Under the pieces are notes generated by a model, which made no database searches, was not told the origin of the DNA, and saw only the letters and a program-made list of their open reading frames with translations. Position numbers and translations under genes: made by a program. From Escherichia phage phiKT, in the sequence record JN882298: a stretch of DNA of 42,608 nucleotides; one strand, written 5' to 3'. Of the stretch, positions 8,753 to 16,894 are shown piece by piece (within the stretch, counting starts at the first letter, position 1; each line of letters begins with the position of its first letter).

Positions 8753-9722
8753 CATGACAAAGTTCAAGCTGCCTAAAGACCTTGGTTCGATGGTGCAGCC
8801 TGAACCTGTTAGCATTGTTCCTGAAATGGTTAAGGGTCGCCGCTGCCACATCGACGGCGACTACTTAGCCTACTTCGCCGCTGGCGGTGAGAATATGCCT
8901 GTGAGCATATGCCGCCAAGTGGTTCGGGAACGCGCCGAGAAGTTCCGGGTGATGACAGGTTCGGAAAGCATTCTACTGCAACTATCCGATAACCGATGCA
9001 CGAAAGGCGACCGGGTGTTCATTAGTACCACCCAACCATACCAAGGCCAACGCCTGTCCGGCAAGAAGCCGGGTAACTGGCAGGCAACCCGCGAGTATAT
9101 CGACTCTGGTGCTCATGGCATTCCAATGAAGGTTTGGAAAACGCGAGAGGCCGATGACGGAGCGGCATACTGTGCCGAGACGCAGAGCGGAGGCTTAGAT
9201 GCCATTTGTACTAAAGATAAAGATTGGCGTATGTTTGCTGGCCTGCACTGTATCTGGGATACTTTCCAATTGGTGCAAGTCAACCCCGGAGACTTTCGCG
9301 TCGATGGTCCTGCTCCTGTTAAGGATAAAAACGGCAAGACCCCACTTCAAAAGTATTATGGTCATTTCTTCTTCTGGCAGCAGATGCTATACGGAGACAC
9401 GGCAGACCACATCCCCGGTATACACGGGATTGGCGAGGCCACTGCCGCCCAACTTCTGCTTGACTGTACTAATAACGCCGAAGCATTCGATGTTGTCGCT
9501 GATATTTACAGGAAAAAGAAACGGGAGGAGTGGTCTGATTATATGGTTGAGCAGGCTGCGCTTCTATGGATGCGAACTGACCGACACGCAGACCTGCTGG
9601 ATTTCCTCAAGATATTCCCGGAAGATGAGGAAATTATCATTGCTGCGGAGAAGATGAGGCAGCGTGTTCTCGAAGATAAGGCTACCTTAGAGAGCATACT
9701 CAAAGGTTACTCACATAAATAG
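8745..9722 (+). CDS. 5'-3' exonuclease (FEN/T7 gene 6-like)
   Basis: PIN/FEN-type acidic motifs (HIDGDYLAY ...); position after the polymerase as in T7-like phages. Confidence 0.8.
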   Translation: MTNMTKFKLPKDLGSMVQPEPVSIVPEMVKGRRCHIDGDYLAYFAAGGENMPVSICRQVVRERAEKFRVMTGSESILLQLSDNRCTKGDRVFISTTQPYQGQRLSGKKPGNWQATREYIDSGAHGIPMKVWKTREADDGAAYCAETQSGGLDAICTKDKDWRMFAGLHCIWDTFQLVQVNPGDFRVDGPAPVKDKNGKTPLQKYYGHFFFWQQMLYGDTADHIPGIHGIGEATAAQLLLDCTNNAEAFDVVADIYRKKKREEWSDYMVEQAALLWMRTDRHADLLDFLKIFPEDEEIIIAAEKMRQRVLEDKATLESILKGYSHK

Positions 9723-9732
9723 AGGGTATTCA

Positions 9733-10215
9733 GTGATGATGAAATTAACCCAATCCCTAATCCCTGTAGTAAGACGCAAGATGGCAGCAGAGCAAGGGAA
9801 CCGATGTCTTTTGTGCGAAGAGATTATGGAAGATAAGCAAATGGTTCTGGACCACGACCATGATACAGGCCACTGTCGCGGGGTTCTCCACAGAGGCTGT
9901 AATGCCATGCTCGGACATCTGGAAAACAACCGTGCCCGTCACCTGCTGAAAGACGACGACAAGTTCGCTACGTTCCTCGGGAACATCATGGCGTATATCA
10001 CCATGGACTGCTCGCACCAGCCACTGCACAGCACTCATAAGAACGCTGCGGAGAAGAAAGCCGCAGCATATGAGAAGTCCCGGAAGAAACTGGTAGCCTC
10101 CCGGATTGCCTCCAACCCAACCGCCGCCGACGCTATCAAAGCGAAGGAAAAGGCACTGCGTAAAGTACGTGCTGACCGTAACCGTCCTACTGTTAAAGGA
10201 ACAAATGATGCCTAA
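9733..10215 (+). CDS. Endonuclease VII-like Holliday junction resolvase
   Basis: Motif C-L-L-C ... DHDHDTGHCRGVLHRGCNAMLG matches the zinc-binding/HNH-like core of T4 endonuclease VII. Confidence 0.75.
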   Translation: MMMKLTQSLIPVVRRKMAAEQGNRCLLCEEIMEDKQMVLDHDHDTGHCRGVLHRGCNAMLGHLENNRARHLLKDDDKFATFLGNIMAYITMDCSHQPLHSTHKNAAEKKAAAYEKSRKKLVASRIASNPTAADAIKAKEKALRKVRADRNRPTVKGTNDA

Positions 10216-11182
10216 AACTAGCCTGATTGCACTATTCACCAAGGAACAACACCAATCAATCCTCGGTAAGCATCTGGATAACACTGCTGCTGCCAAGGCA
10301 TACAACGAACTGCTGGGCTGGAATAGCCCGGTGGTCTACCGCCAAGTTGTAGCGTACTGGCGCAAGATTTACATCGACCATGGTGGTAAGAAAGGCGAGG
10401 CTATTCGTGAAGAGAAACAAGCTGTTAAGCTGGTTCAGCCATCACCAAGTGACGATATTGGTAACACTGACGTCCCTGACGTGTGTCGCCGTATCCTTGT
10501 GGTTGGTGATTTACATGCTCCTTATACTCATCCCGACGCTATTGCTTTCCTTCGCCATGTCCGAGACAGTTATGTTCCTGACATGGTTGTTCAGGTAGGT
10601 GATGAGACGGACGGCCACGCAATCAGCTTCCACGACTCGGACCCGAATCTGGATAGCGCCGGGGTCGAATTAGAGAAAGCCAAACTTGTACTGGAGAAAC
10701 TACATGACTTGTTCCCTAACCTTCTCGTTTGCGATTCCAATCACGGAAGTCTGGTGTATCGCCGCGCTAAAGCTCACGGTCTTCCAGTACAGTTCATCAA
10801 GAAATACCGCGATATACTGTTCCCGGAGCACGGTGCTAAGAAGTGGAGTTGGGCGGATGCTTGGGTTCTTAATACCCCACTCGGCCCTGTACGGTTCCAG
10901 CATCAGGTATCTGGTGACTTCATGCTCAACGCAAGCCACGAACGAACGTCTCTCGTTCTGGGTCACGAACATGGTCGCTTTGAAGTGCAATACGCAGCTT
11001 CTTCCTCTGCGCTGTATTTCGGGGCTTATGCCGGGTGTCTGATTGACCGTAAGTCTCTGGCCTTTGCCTACGGTAAGTTGCACCGCAAGAAACCAATCCT
11101 CGGCGTGATGGTAATCACCGATGGTTGTCCGCAGTTAATCCCTATGCTGATGAACGAAGAAGGTCGTTGGGTCGGTCGCTAA
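10205..11182 (+). CDS. Calcineurin-like metallophosphoesterase
   Basis: Track ORF 10106..11182; ATG at 10205 with AAAGGAA RBS; motifs GDLHAPY, GDETDGH, DSNHG, GHEHG. Confidence 0.7.
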   Translation: MMPKTSLIALFTKEQHQSILGKHLDNTAAAKAYNELLGWNSPVVYRQVVAYWRKIYIDHGGKKGEAIREEKQAVKLVQPSPSDDIGNTDVPDVCRRILVVGDLHAPYTHPDAIAFLRHVRDSYVPDMVVQVGDETDGHAISFHDSDPNLDSAGVELEKAKLVLEKLHDLFPNLLVCDSNHGSLVYRRAKAHGLPVQFIKKYRDILFPEHGAKKWSWADAWVLNTPLGPVRFQHQVSGDFMLNASHERTSLVLGHEHGRFEVQYAASSSALYFGAYAGCLIDRKSLAFAYGKLHRKKPILGVMVITDGCPQLIPMLMNEEGRWVGR

Positions 11183-11222
11183 TTATACCGGGCAGGGATG
11201 CCCATTCAATTGAGGATAAGAT

Positions 11223-11942
11223 ATGTTAGTAATGCTCTCTGGCGCGATTGGCGCTGGCAAAGATACCTTCGGTGAGTTCCTGTACGACTCATTTGACAAG
11301 TTCGGCTACAACGTGGAAGTGGTGAAGTTTGCCGACCCCATTCGTGAAGCTGCATTTAAGCTCGGATTCAATCCAGATGACCGGGCAACCAAGGAAGTAC
11401 CTGCAATACGCCATTATAAACTCTCAGAACTTGATGAGGCCATTTTTACTACTCATACCTGCCTGACACCTTACGAGCGCCGAATGGTCGCTGTACGAGT
11501 TCACCAGAGATTAATTAACATCCGTAAGGAAAAGCACGATGGCATTTATAAACCTGTCGTCAGTACGCGGGAGTTTATGCAGGTGGTTGGCGGCACTGTC
11601 CGAGATGCAGATGTGGATTACTATATCAAACACATGTTATCCAATGTACCCGTTGGGCGAATTAACATCTGCACTGACTCTCGGTTCCTTAACGAGCAAA
11701 AAATCGGGGATTATTCAATCTACGTTGAGCGTCCAAACAACCCGCTGGCGGTTAATACTCTCGACGCCTCGGAAGCAGCACAAGCATCGCTCCGAGGGGC
11801 GGCGAAGAAAGTAATCCTGAACAACAGCACTCTGGATAATCTGGCAGAAATGGCAGACTATGTGGCTACAACACTAATTTCAAAAGGGTATTGTGATGAT
11901 GCAGTTAAAGAGTCAAGCGGAACTGGAATCCTTATCGAGTGA
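11223..11942 (+). CDS. P-loop kinase (dNMP/nucleotide kinase-like)
   Basis: Walker A (GAIGAGKDT) at the N-terminus; 239 aa; 3' end overlaps the RNAP start. Confidence 0.55.
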   Translation: MLVMLSGAIGAGKDTFGEFLYDSFDKFGYNVEVVKFADPIREAAFKLGFNPDDRATKEVPAIRHYKLSELDEAIFTTHTCLTPYERRMVAVRVHQRLINIRKEKHDGIYKPVVSTREFMQVVGGTVRDADVDYYIKHMLSNVPVGRINICTDSRFLNEQKIGDYSIYVERPNNPLAVNTLDASEAAQASLRGAAKKVILNNSTLDNLAEMADYVATTLISKGYCDDAVKESSGTGILIE

Positions 11943-14367
11943 ACGCGGCCTTGCCAAGCTGATGGCCGAGTGTGAGCAGGCTGAATCAGCGGGGCGTGCA
12001 TCCGGCGCGTTTTATGCCAAGCAGTTGTTAGAGCGTTTTGTTAACCGTATGGCCGAACGTATTGACCACGAGATGGCGAATCCGGGTGCTGGCCGCGCGA
12101 AAGCGCATAAGAAACTGGTCGCTGTGTTTGACTCAAAAGTCACTGCGTTTATTTCTGTATCAACCACATTGAATATGCTGATGGTCAACGAGCAGACACC
12201 GGGCACCAGCCTTAGTCGCGCCCTCGGCAATGCAATGTACAACGAACTGTTCTGCACCACGTTCGACGATGCCAACCCGGACCTGTTCCACACCATCTGC
12301 AAGGACTTGGATAAGCGCCAGAGCAAATCCAGCCGCCACCGCATGACTGTGCTGAAGAATCAGGCAGCGAAGAAGGGTATCGCGTGGGAGAACTGGACCG
12401 TCACCGAAATCCTTCAGGTTGGTGAGTGGTGTCTGGATAATCTGGTGTCAGTTGGCCTGTGCGAAACGCATACCGAGGTGTCTCGCGGTAAGGCGAAGAT
12501 GTACGTGGAACTGTCCGACGAGGCGCTGGGAATGATTGAGGATACCAAACGTCTGGTGTCCTTCTTCCGGCCCCAGCGCCTCCCGTTCGTAGAGAAGCCT
12601 CTGGACTGGACCGGGATTGTTGGTGGTGGCTACCATACTGCTCGTATGCAGAGTACGATGCCTCGTTGCATCAAAGCCAGCCCGACCCAGATGGATGTAC
12701 TCATAAAGCATCGTGACGACTACAAGGGTACGGTGGTGGCGTGCATTAACACTCTGCAATCGGTAGAGTGGCGTATCAACAAGCGTATTCTGGAAGTGCA
12801 GCAGCAGATGTTCCGTGGCTTTGAGCCGAAGAACAAGCCGGATGCGCTGGAGTGTCATAGCAAGGACGTTGAGGATTGGACAGAGGCAGATAAATCTCTA
12901 CACAGCCACTGGAAGAAGGAAATGGCTCGCTGGTACACAGAGCAGCGTGCAGAGCGTTATGCCGCTTCACGACATGCCTACACGTTGTCAGTGGCACGAG
13001 AGTTCGCTGACTACCCGCGTATCTGGTTCATGTACTTCGCTGACTGGCGGGGCCGTTACTACCCGGCCACCACAGGCATCTCGCCGCAGGGGACCGACAT
13101 CTCTAAATCCATGCTGGAGTTCGCCAATGGCAAGCCCATCTCTGACCCAATCGCAGAACAGTTCTTCTTCCTCCTTGGTTCAACTAAATTCGGATTCGAC
13201 AAAGGCTCTATATCCGAACGAGTTCAGTGGGTTCACGAGAATCACGAACTTATCATGGCGTGTGCCGACGAACCGCTACTTCATACTGATTTCTGGTACA
13301 GAGAGGCAGATAAGAAGACCCGTTACCAATTTCTGGCATGGTGTTTTGAATATGCTGAATACAAACGGTTCCCGGCTGGATTTGTATCACGACTTCCGGT
13401 ATCTCTTGATGGCACATGTAACGGCCTACAACACTATTCGGCGATGTTACGAGATTCGGTTGGTGCTAAAGCTACCAACTTGTTACCTGCTAACCGACCA
13501 AACGATATTTACGCGCAAGTCGCAGGCGTTGTCACCAACCTTCTTGAAAGCATGTCACCTGCTGACTTCCCGGCACTGACACGCGAATCTAAGCCTCTCA
13601 GCATCTATGAGGTGGATTTTTTCAGGAGGGGGTGGTTACACCACGGCATTAGCCGTAGCCTCGTTAAACGGTGCGTTATGACGTTACCTTACGGGTCCAA
13701 GAAGTTCAGCATGGGTCGCTTCATTAAGGGCGATTACATGCTGGATATTCACCCGGAAGAGTTCGACACCGACGACTACACCGACGCGGCGAACTTCCTT
13801 GGCGATATAGTCTGGAAGGCTATCGGGATGGTGGTAGAGAAGGCGGTCGGCGGCATGAGCTACTTTCAAGGCACCAGCCGAGCAATTACCCGCAAGAAAG
13901 ACGTTGAGGTCATCCAGTGGCCGAGCATGACCGGACTTCCAATTGTTCAGGATTATTGGAAGACAGAGTACGTACAGTTCCGCTCAGTACGTGGTGGTGG
14001 TGCTCGACTGAAGTGTCTGGTCGAAACGGACAAGATTGACAAGCTGGGACATGCCAACGGAATCGCACCCAACATTGTTCACAGTCTGGATGCAGCGCAC
14101 TTAACGTTCGTTACGCTGGCCGCAGCAAAGGCTGGCATTGACTCCTTCGCAATGATTCACGACGACTACGGAACCCACGCAGCCGACACAGCACTCCTGT
14201 TCAAGCTCATCCGTGAAGAGTTCGTCAAGATGTACGAGCAAGACCCTTTCACAATGATTGCTGAAGCTCTTGAAGCACAAGCAATATCCAAGTATGTTCC
14301 TGCCAGACCAGAGTTCGGCGACCTCGACTTACAGCAGGTCAATCACTCCGAATACTTCTTCCTGTAG
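11896..14367 (+). CDS. Single-subunit DNA-directed RNA polymerase (T7-like)
   Basis: Motifs DGTCNGLQHYSAM and HDDYGTH match T7 RNAP active-site motifs A/C; ~820 aa; followed by a terminator and a phage-promoter-like motif. Confidence 0.9.
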   Translation: MMQLKSQAELESLSSERGLAKLMAECEQAESAGRASGAFYAKQLLERFVNRMAERIDHEMANPGAGRAKAHKKLVAVFDSKVTAFISVSTTLNMLMVNEQTPGTSLSRALGNAMYNELFCTTFDDANPDLFHTICKDLDKRQSKSSRHRMTVLKNQAAKKGIAWENWTVTEILQVGEWCLDNLVSVGLCETHTEVSRGKAKMYVELSDEALGMIEDTKRLVSFFRPQRLPFVEKPLDWTGIVGGGYHTARMQSTMPRCIKASPTQMDVLIKHRDDYKGTVVACINTLQSVEWRINKRILEVQQQMFRGFEPKNKPDALECHSKDVEDWTEADKSLHSHWKKEMARWYTEQRAERYAASRHAYTLSVAREFADYPRIWFMYFADWRGRYYPATTGISPQGTDISKSMLEFANGKPISDPIAEQFFFLLGSTKFGFDKGSISERVQWVHENHELIMACADEPLLHTDFWYREADKKTRYQFLAWCFEYAEYKRFPAGFVSRLPVSLDGTCNGLQHYSAMLRDSVGAKATNLLPANRPNDIYAQVAGVVTNLLESMSPADFPALTRESKPLSIYEVDFFRRGWLHHGISRSLVKRCVMTLPYGSKKFSMGRFIKGDYMLDIHPEEFDTDDYTDAANFLGDIVWKAIGMVVEKAVGGMSYFQGTSRAITRKKDVEVIQWPSMTGLPIVQDYWKTEYVQFRSVRGGGARLKCLVETDKIDKLGHANGIAPNIVHSLDAAHLTFVTLAAAKAGIDSFAMIHDDYGTHAADTALLFKLIREEFVKMYEQDPFTMIAEALEAQAISKYVPARPEFGDLDLQQVNHSEYFFL

Positions 14368-14401
14368 TACCTCGGCCAAGGATGGCTACCCTCCCCCCTA
14401 T

Positions 14402-14420
14402 TTCGTCACCTACAATAGCA
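14402..14420. repeat. Exact 19-nt sequence ttcgtcacctacaatagca, copy 1 (intergenic, after RNAP)
   Basis: Identical 19-mer at 19222..19240 inside the scaffolding gene. Confidence 0.7.
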
Positions 14421-14453
14421 CACAATACCCTCAAACTGTTCGTTTTGAACACT

Positions 14454-14493
14454 AGCCTTGGCCTCTTTGGTCAGGGCTATTTTTTCTGTTTTT
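14454..14493 (+). terminator. Rho-independent terminator downstream of the RNAP gene
   Basis: ~10-bp stem (agccttggcc/ggtcagggct, one G-U and one mismatch) followed by a T-run (attttttctgttttt). Confidence 0.55.
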
Positions 14494-14533
14494 GGGTATT
14501 CGTTAAATATGGCTTGAAGCCTTGATATATGGG

Positions 14534-14560
14534 GTTTCCGCACATTATTTTAATAAGGGG
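14534..14560 (+). promoter_or_regulatory. Phage RNAP promoter-like motif, copy 1
   Basis: gtttccgcacattattttaataagggg; near-identical copy at 38018..38044; ends in a TATA-AGGG(AG) element like T7-type promoters. Confidence 0.5.
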
Positions 14561-14576
14561 TCTGGAGGGTGTTAAA

Positions 14577-14924
14577 ATGTTCCTTAAATTTTTACTTTGG
14601 TTAATTTCTAAGTTAAGCGAAAGCCAACTTAGTAAGGTAAGAGATTATTACCTGATTAGTGGTCCATACCGTAGTGAATTAGAAAGACTACATTCCCGGA
14701 TTAGTGAGTTAGAGGGTGCTCTTTCCTCCTCAGAGTCTGTACCAGAACCTGTTACAGAAATATTCAGTAGAATGAACTATGAGGTGTACGAATACTTTGA
14801 GCGTACAGTAAGTAATACTTCTGTAGCTAGTTCTACTACTGATTTAGAAGCTGGGTTTAAATTAGGTGTCCAGCATGTTCTCGCCAAGTTGAGGAATGGG
14901 TATGTCACACCGCGAAGTCTCTGA
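14577..14924 (+). CDS. Hypothetical protein, AT-rich accessory gene (N-terminal hydrophobic segment)
   Basis: Track ORF 14529..14924; ATG at 14577 with GGAGGGTG RBS; by eye much lower GC and different codon choice (tta, agt, aga) than neighbours. Confidence 0.5.
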   Translation: MFLKFLLWLISKLSESQLSKVRDYYLISGPYRSELERLHSRISELEGALSSSESVPEPVTEIFSRMNYEVYEYFERTVSNTSVASSTTDLEAGFKLGVQHVLAKLRNGYVTPRSL

Positions 14925-15330
14925 TTCTGATTGGGTAGCTAGTGTTCCTAAGTTGGTTGAGGCTATTTGCAACTCACCTAGCAGGATGATATGTGATATT
15001 GACGTAGAGGCTACTCTGGCCCATTTTATGGCCGTAGCCACTCGTGGCGGTGCGTATATTGTCAAGGAGAAGTATCTGGTCGTATTCGACCGCTACAAGC
15101 TCTGGTACGCACCTACCAAGGATATTATCGAAGAGAAGATTGTCCTGTGTATTTATCCAGAAAATCCCGGCTCAATGTTCGATGTTGTCCGATTTCTAAT
15201 TGAACAACGTGATTACCTTGAAGCGAATCACTTGGTCATAGGTGACTTCCTGCACACTAATCAGGAAAAGTATGGTCGAGTCCTAACTAAATTAGGGTTG
15301 ACCAAAATCAACTCAGTTTACGCATGTTAG
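14902..15330 (+). CDS. Hypothetical protein, second gene of the AT-rich accessory pair
   Basis: ATG at 14902 with GAGGAA RBS; 142 aa; no motif recognised. Confidence 0.5.
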   Translation: MSHREVSDSDWVASVPKLVEAICNSPSRMICDIDVEATLAHFMAVATRGGAYIVKEKYLVVFDRYKLWYAPTKDIIEEKIVLCIYPENPGSMFDVVRFLIEQRDYLEANHLVIGDFLHTNQEKYGRVLTKLGLTKINSVYAC

Positions 15331-15340
15331 GAGGTTCCCA

Positions 15341-15943
15341 ATGGGAGGCTTACTCGGAGGGGGCGATAACGGGAAGGCTCAAGCAAAAGCGACCCGTGAA
15401 GCTGCCGAACGTCAGGCACAGGCAACATTGCAGGCCGCACGGGAGCAGATAGCGGCTCAGAACCGTCAGGCGGCTGCACAGAATCAATGGTCCAGTCAGC
15501 AGGCCGCGCAACAGCGTGAGTTTGAGGCCCAGCTAAATAAGACCAATCAAGAATACCAATCAACCCTACAAGCACAACAGCTTGCTCAGCAGAAAGCACT
15601 CACTGAACAGACTAACGCCATTAACAAGGCGTATCAGGACAAGATGGCTAGTCTGCAACAGCAGGCCAACGAACAACAGCAGTTTGAGTACACCCAGCAG
15701 CTTCTACAGTCCGCCGCAGACGCACAGCGCCAGCAGGCACTGAAGGATGCGCAGGATGCTACTTGGATGCCGCAGGAACAGGTCGAGGTTACTCTGGCCC
15801 CGGATAGCTCCACATATCTGGACGAGCAACGTCGTAGACGTCCCGTGAGCAACCTATACAACGGTGCTGGTAACGTGAACACGGCTTCGGCGGATACATC
15901 GTCTGCAAGTGGCACAGGGCTTTCTAGTGGCTTGAGGATTTAA
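15341..15943 (+). CDS. Gln/Ala-rich putative virion protein
   Basis: Strong RBS (TAGGAGG); low-complexity Q/A-rich coiled-coil-like protein upstream of the portal. Confidence 0.5.
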   Translation: MGGLLGGGDNGKAQAKATREAAERQAQATLQAAREQIAAQNRQAAAQNQWSSQQAAQQREFEAQLNKTNQEYQSTLQAQQLAQQKALTEQTNAINKAYQDKMASLQQQANEQQQFEYTQQLLQSAADAQRQQALKDAQDATWMPQEQVEVTLAPDSSTYLDEQRRRRPVSNLYNGAGNVNTASADTSSASGTGLSSGLRI

Positions 15944-15944
15944 T

Positions 15945-16883
15945 ATGACCGATGATGAAGCTCGCCAACTTGCTCAATGGGGCGAGGATGAGATTGCCCG
16001 AATACTGGGCCTGAACAGAAACTCATATTTGTCGGCACAGGGACAGTCGGTGGCTGACTGGTCCAGCCGCTGGTCCTCCGGCCTGCAAGATATTGTGGGT
16101 TACTATGACCAAGGTAAGGCCAACTCCCTGTACGCATCACTTGGTGGAACTACATCGGATACATACCTCAAACAGTTGTCGATGCTGGCAGAGGAATCCA
16201 ACAAGCTCTACACCATGATTAATAACCCCAATGCAGTGCATTCCAAGCTCCGGGCAGAGGCCGGGAAGCAGGGCGGTGTAGCGCAGTTCTCTATCGGTAT
16301 GGGTTATCGTACTGAGGGCAACGGCGGTTACGTTTACGACCTGATGGGCAACAGATACAACGATATAACGATGAGTCTGCTGTACAAATCCCTGTATAGC
16401 ATGGTTGATAGCTTCAGCAATCAACAAGGTAAAATCGTTAACGAGTTGAATGCACAGCAGGGTCGTGAGCAGAACTATATCAGTCAGATTAGTGGTTTAT
16501 TGCAGCAGGGTACATTAGCAAAGACCAAGGCTGAGCAGGAAGCGCAGAAGAAGGCGCTTGAGCAGCAATATGCACAGCAACAGGCAGAACTGAACAAGCA
16601 GGCTGAAGAGAATGCACGTATCCTCAAGGAGAAGCAGGAAGCTCAGACCAAGATGTTCAACGAGTCCGCTAAGGTTACGGCGGAATCCAACGCAGCGACA
16701 TCCCAGCTTCAACAGGCCAAATCTGCTGCCACTCAGGTAGCCAGTGTAGGTACATCTCGCGGTGGTGAGGCAATATCCTCAACCAACGCAGCCGCTAAAT
16801 CAAAGACCAGACAAACCACGCGTACTGAACGCTGGCAGTCAACCCGCTCCCCAGCCGCTGGCGGTGGCGGCATCAACGTTTAA
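15945..16883 (+). CDS. Putative virion protein (coiled-coil C-terminal half)
   Basis: 312 aa; sits between the Q-rich protein and the portal; by my reading of the printed sequence the ATG falls at 15946, so the 5' coordinate may be off by 1. Confidence 0.5.
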   Translation: MTDDEARQLAQWGEDEIARILGLNRNSYLSAQGQSVADWSSRWSSGLQDIVGYYDQGKANSLYASLGGTTSDTYLKQLSMLAEESNKLYTMINNPNAVHSKLRAEAGKQGGVAQFSIGMGYRTEGNGGYVYDLMGNRYNDITMSLLYKSLYSMVDSFSNQQGKIVNELNAQQGREQNYISQISGLLQQGTLAKTKAEQEAQKKALEQQYAQQQAELNKQAEENARILKEKQEAQTKMFNESAKVTAESNAATSQLQQAKSAATQVASVGTSRGGEAISSTNAAAKSKTRQTTRTERWQSTRSPAAGGGGINV

Positions 16884-16894
16884 CAGGAGCTATC

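Noticed and set aside
12815-13579. 254-aa + strand alternate-frame ORF inside the RNAP gene
   Set aside because: Lies entirely within the RNAP reading frame, which carries the diagnostic polymerase motifs; the alternate frame has low-complexity Ser/Thr/Arg-rich translation.
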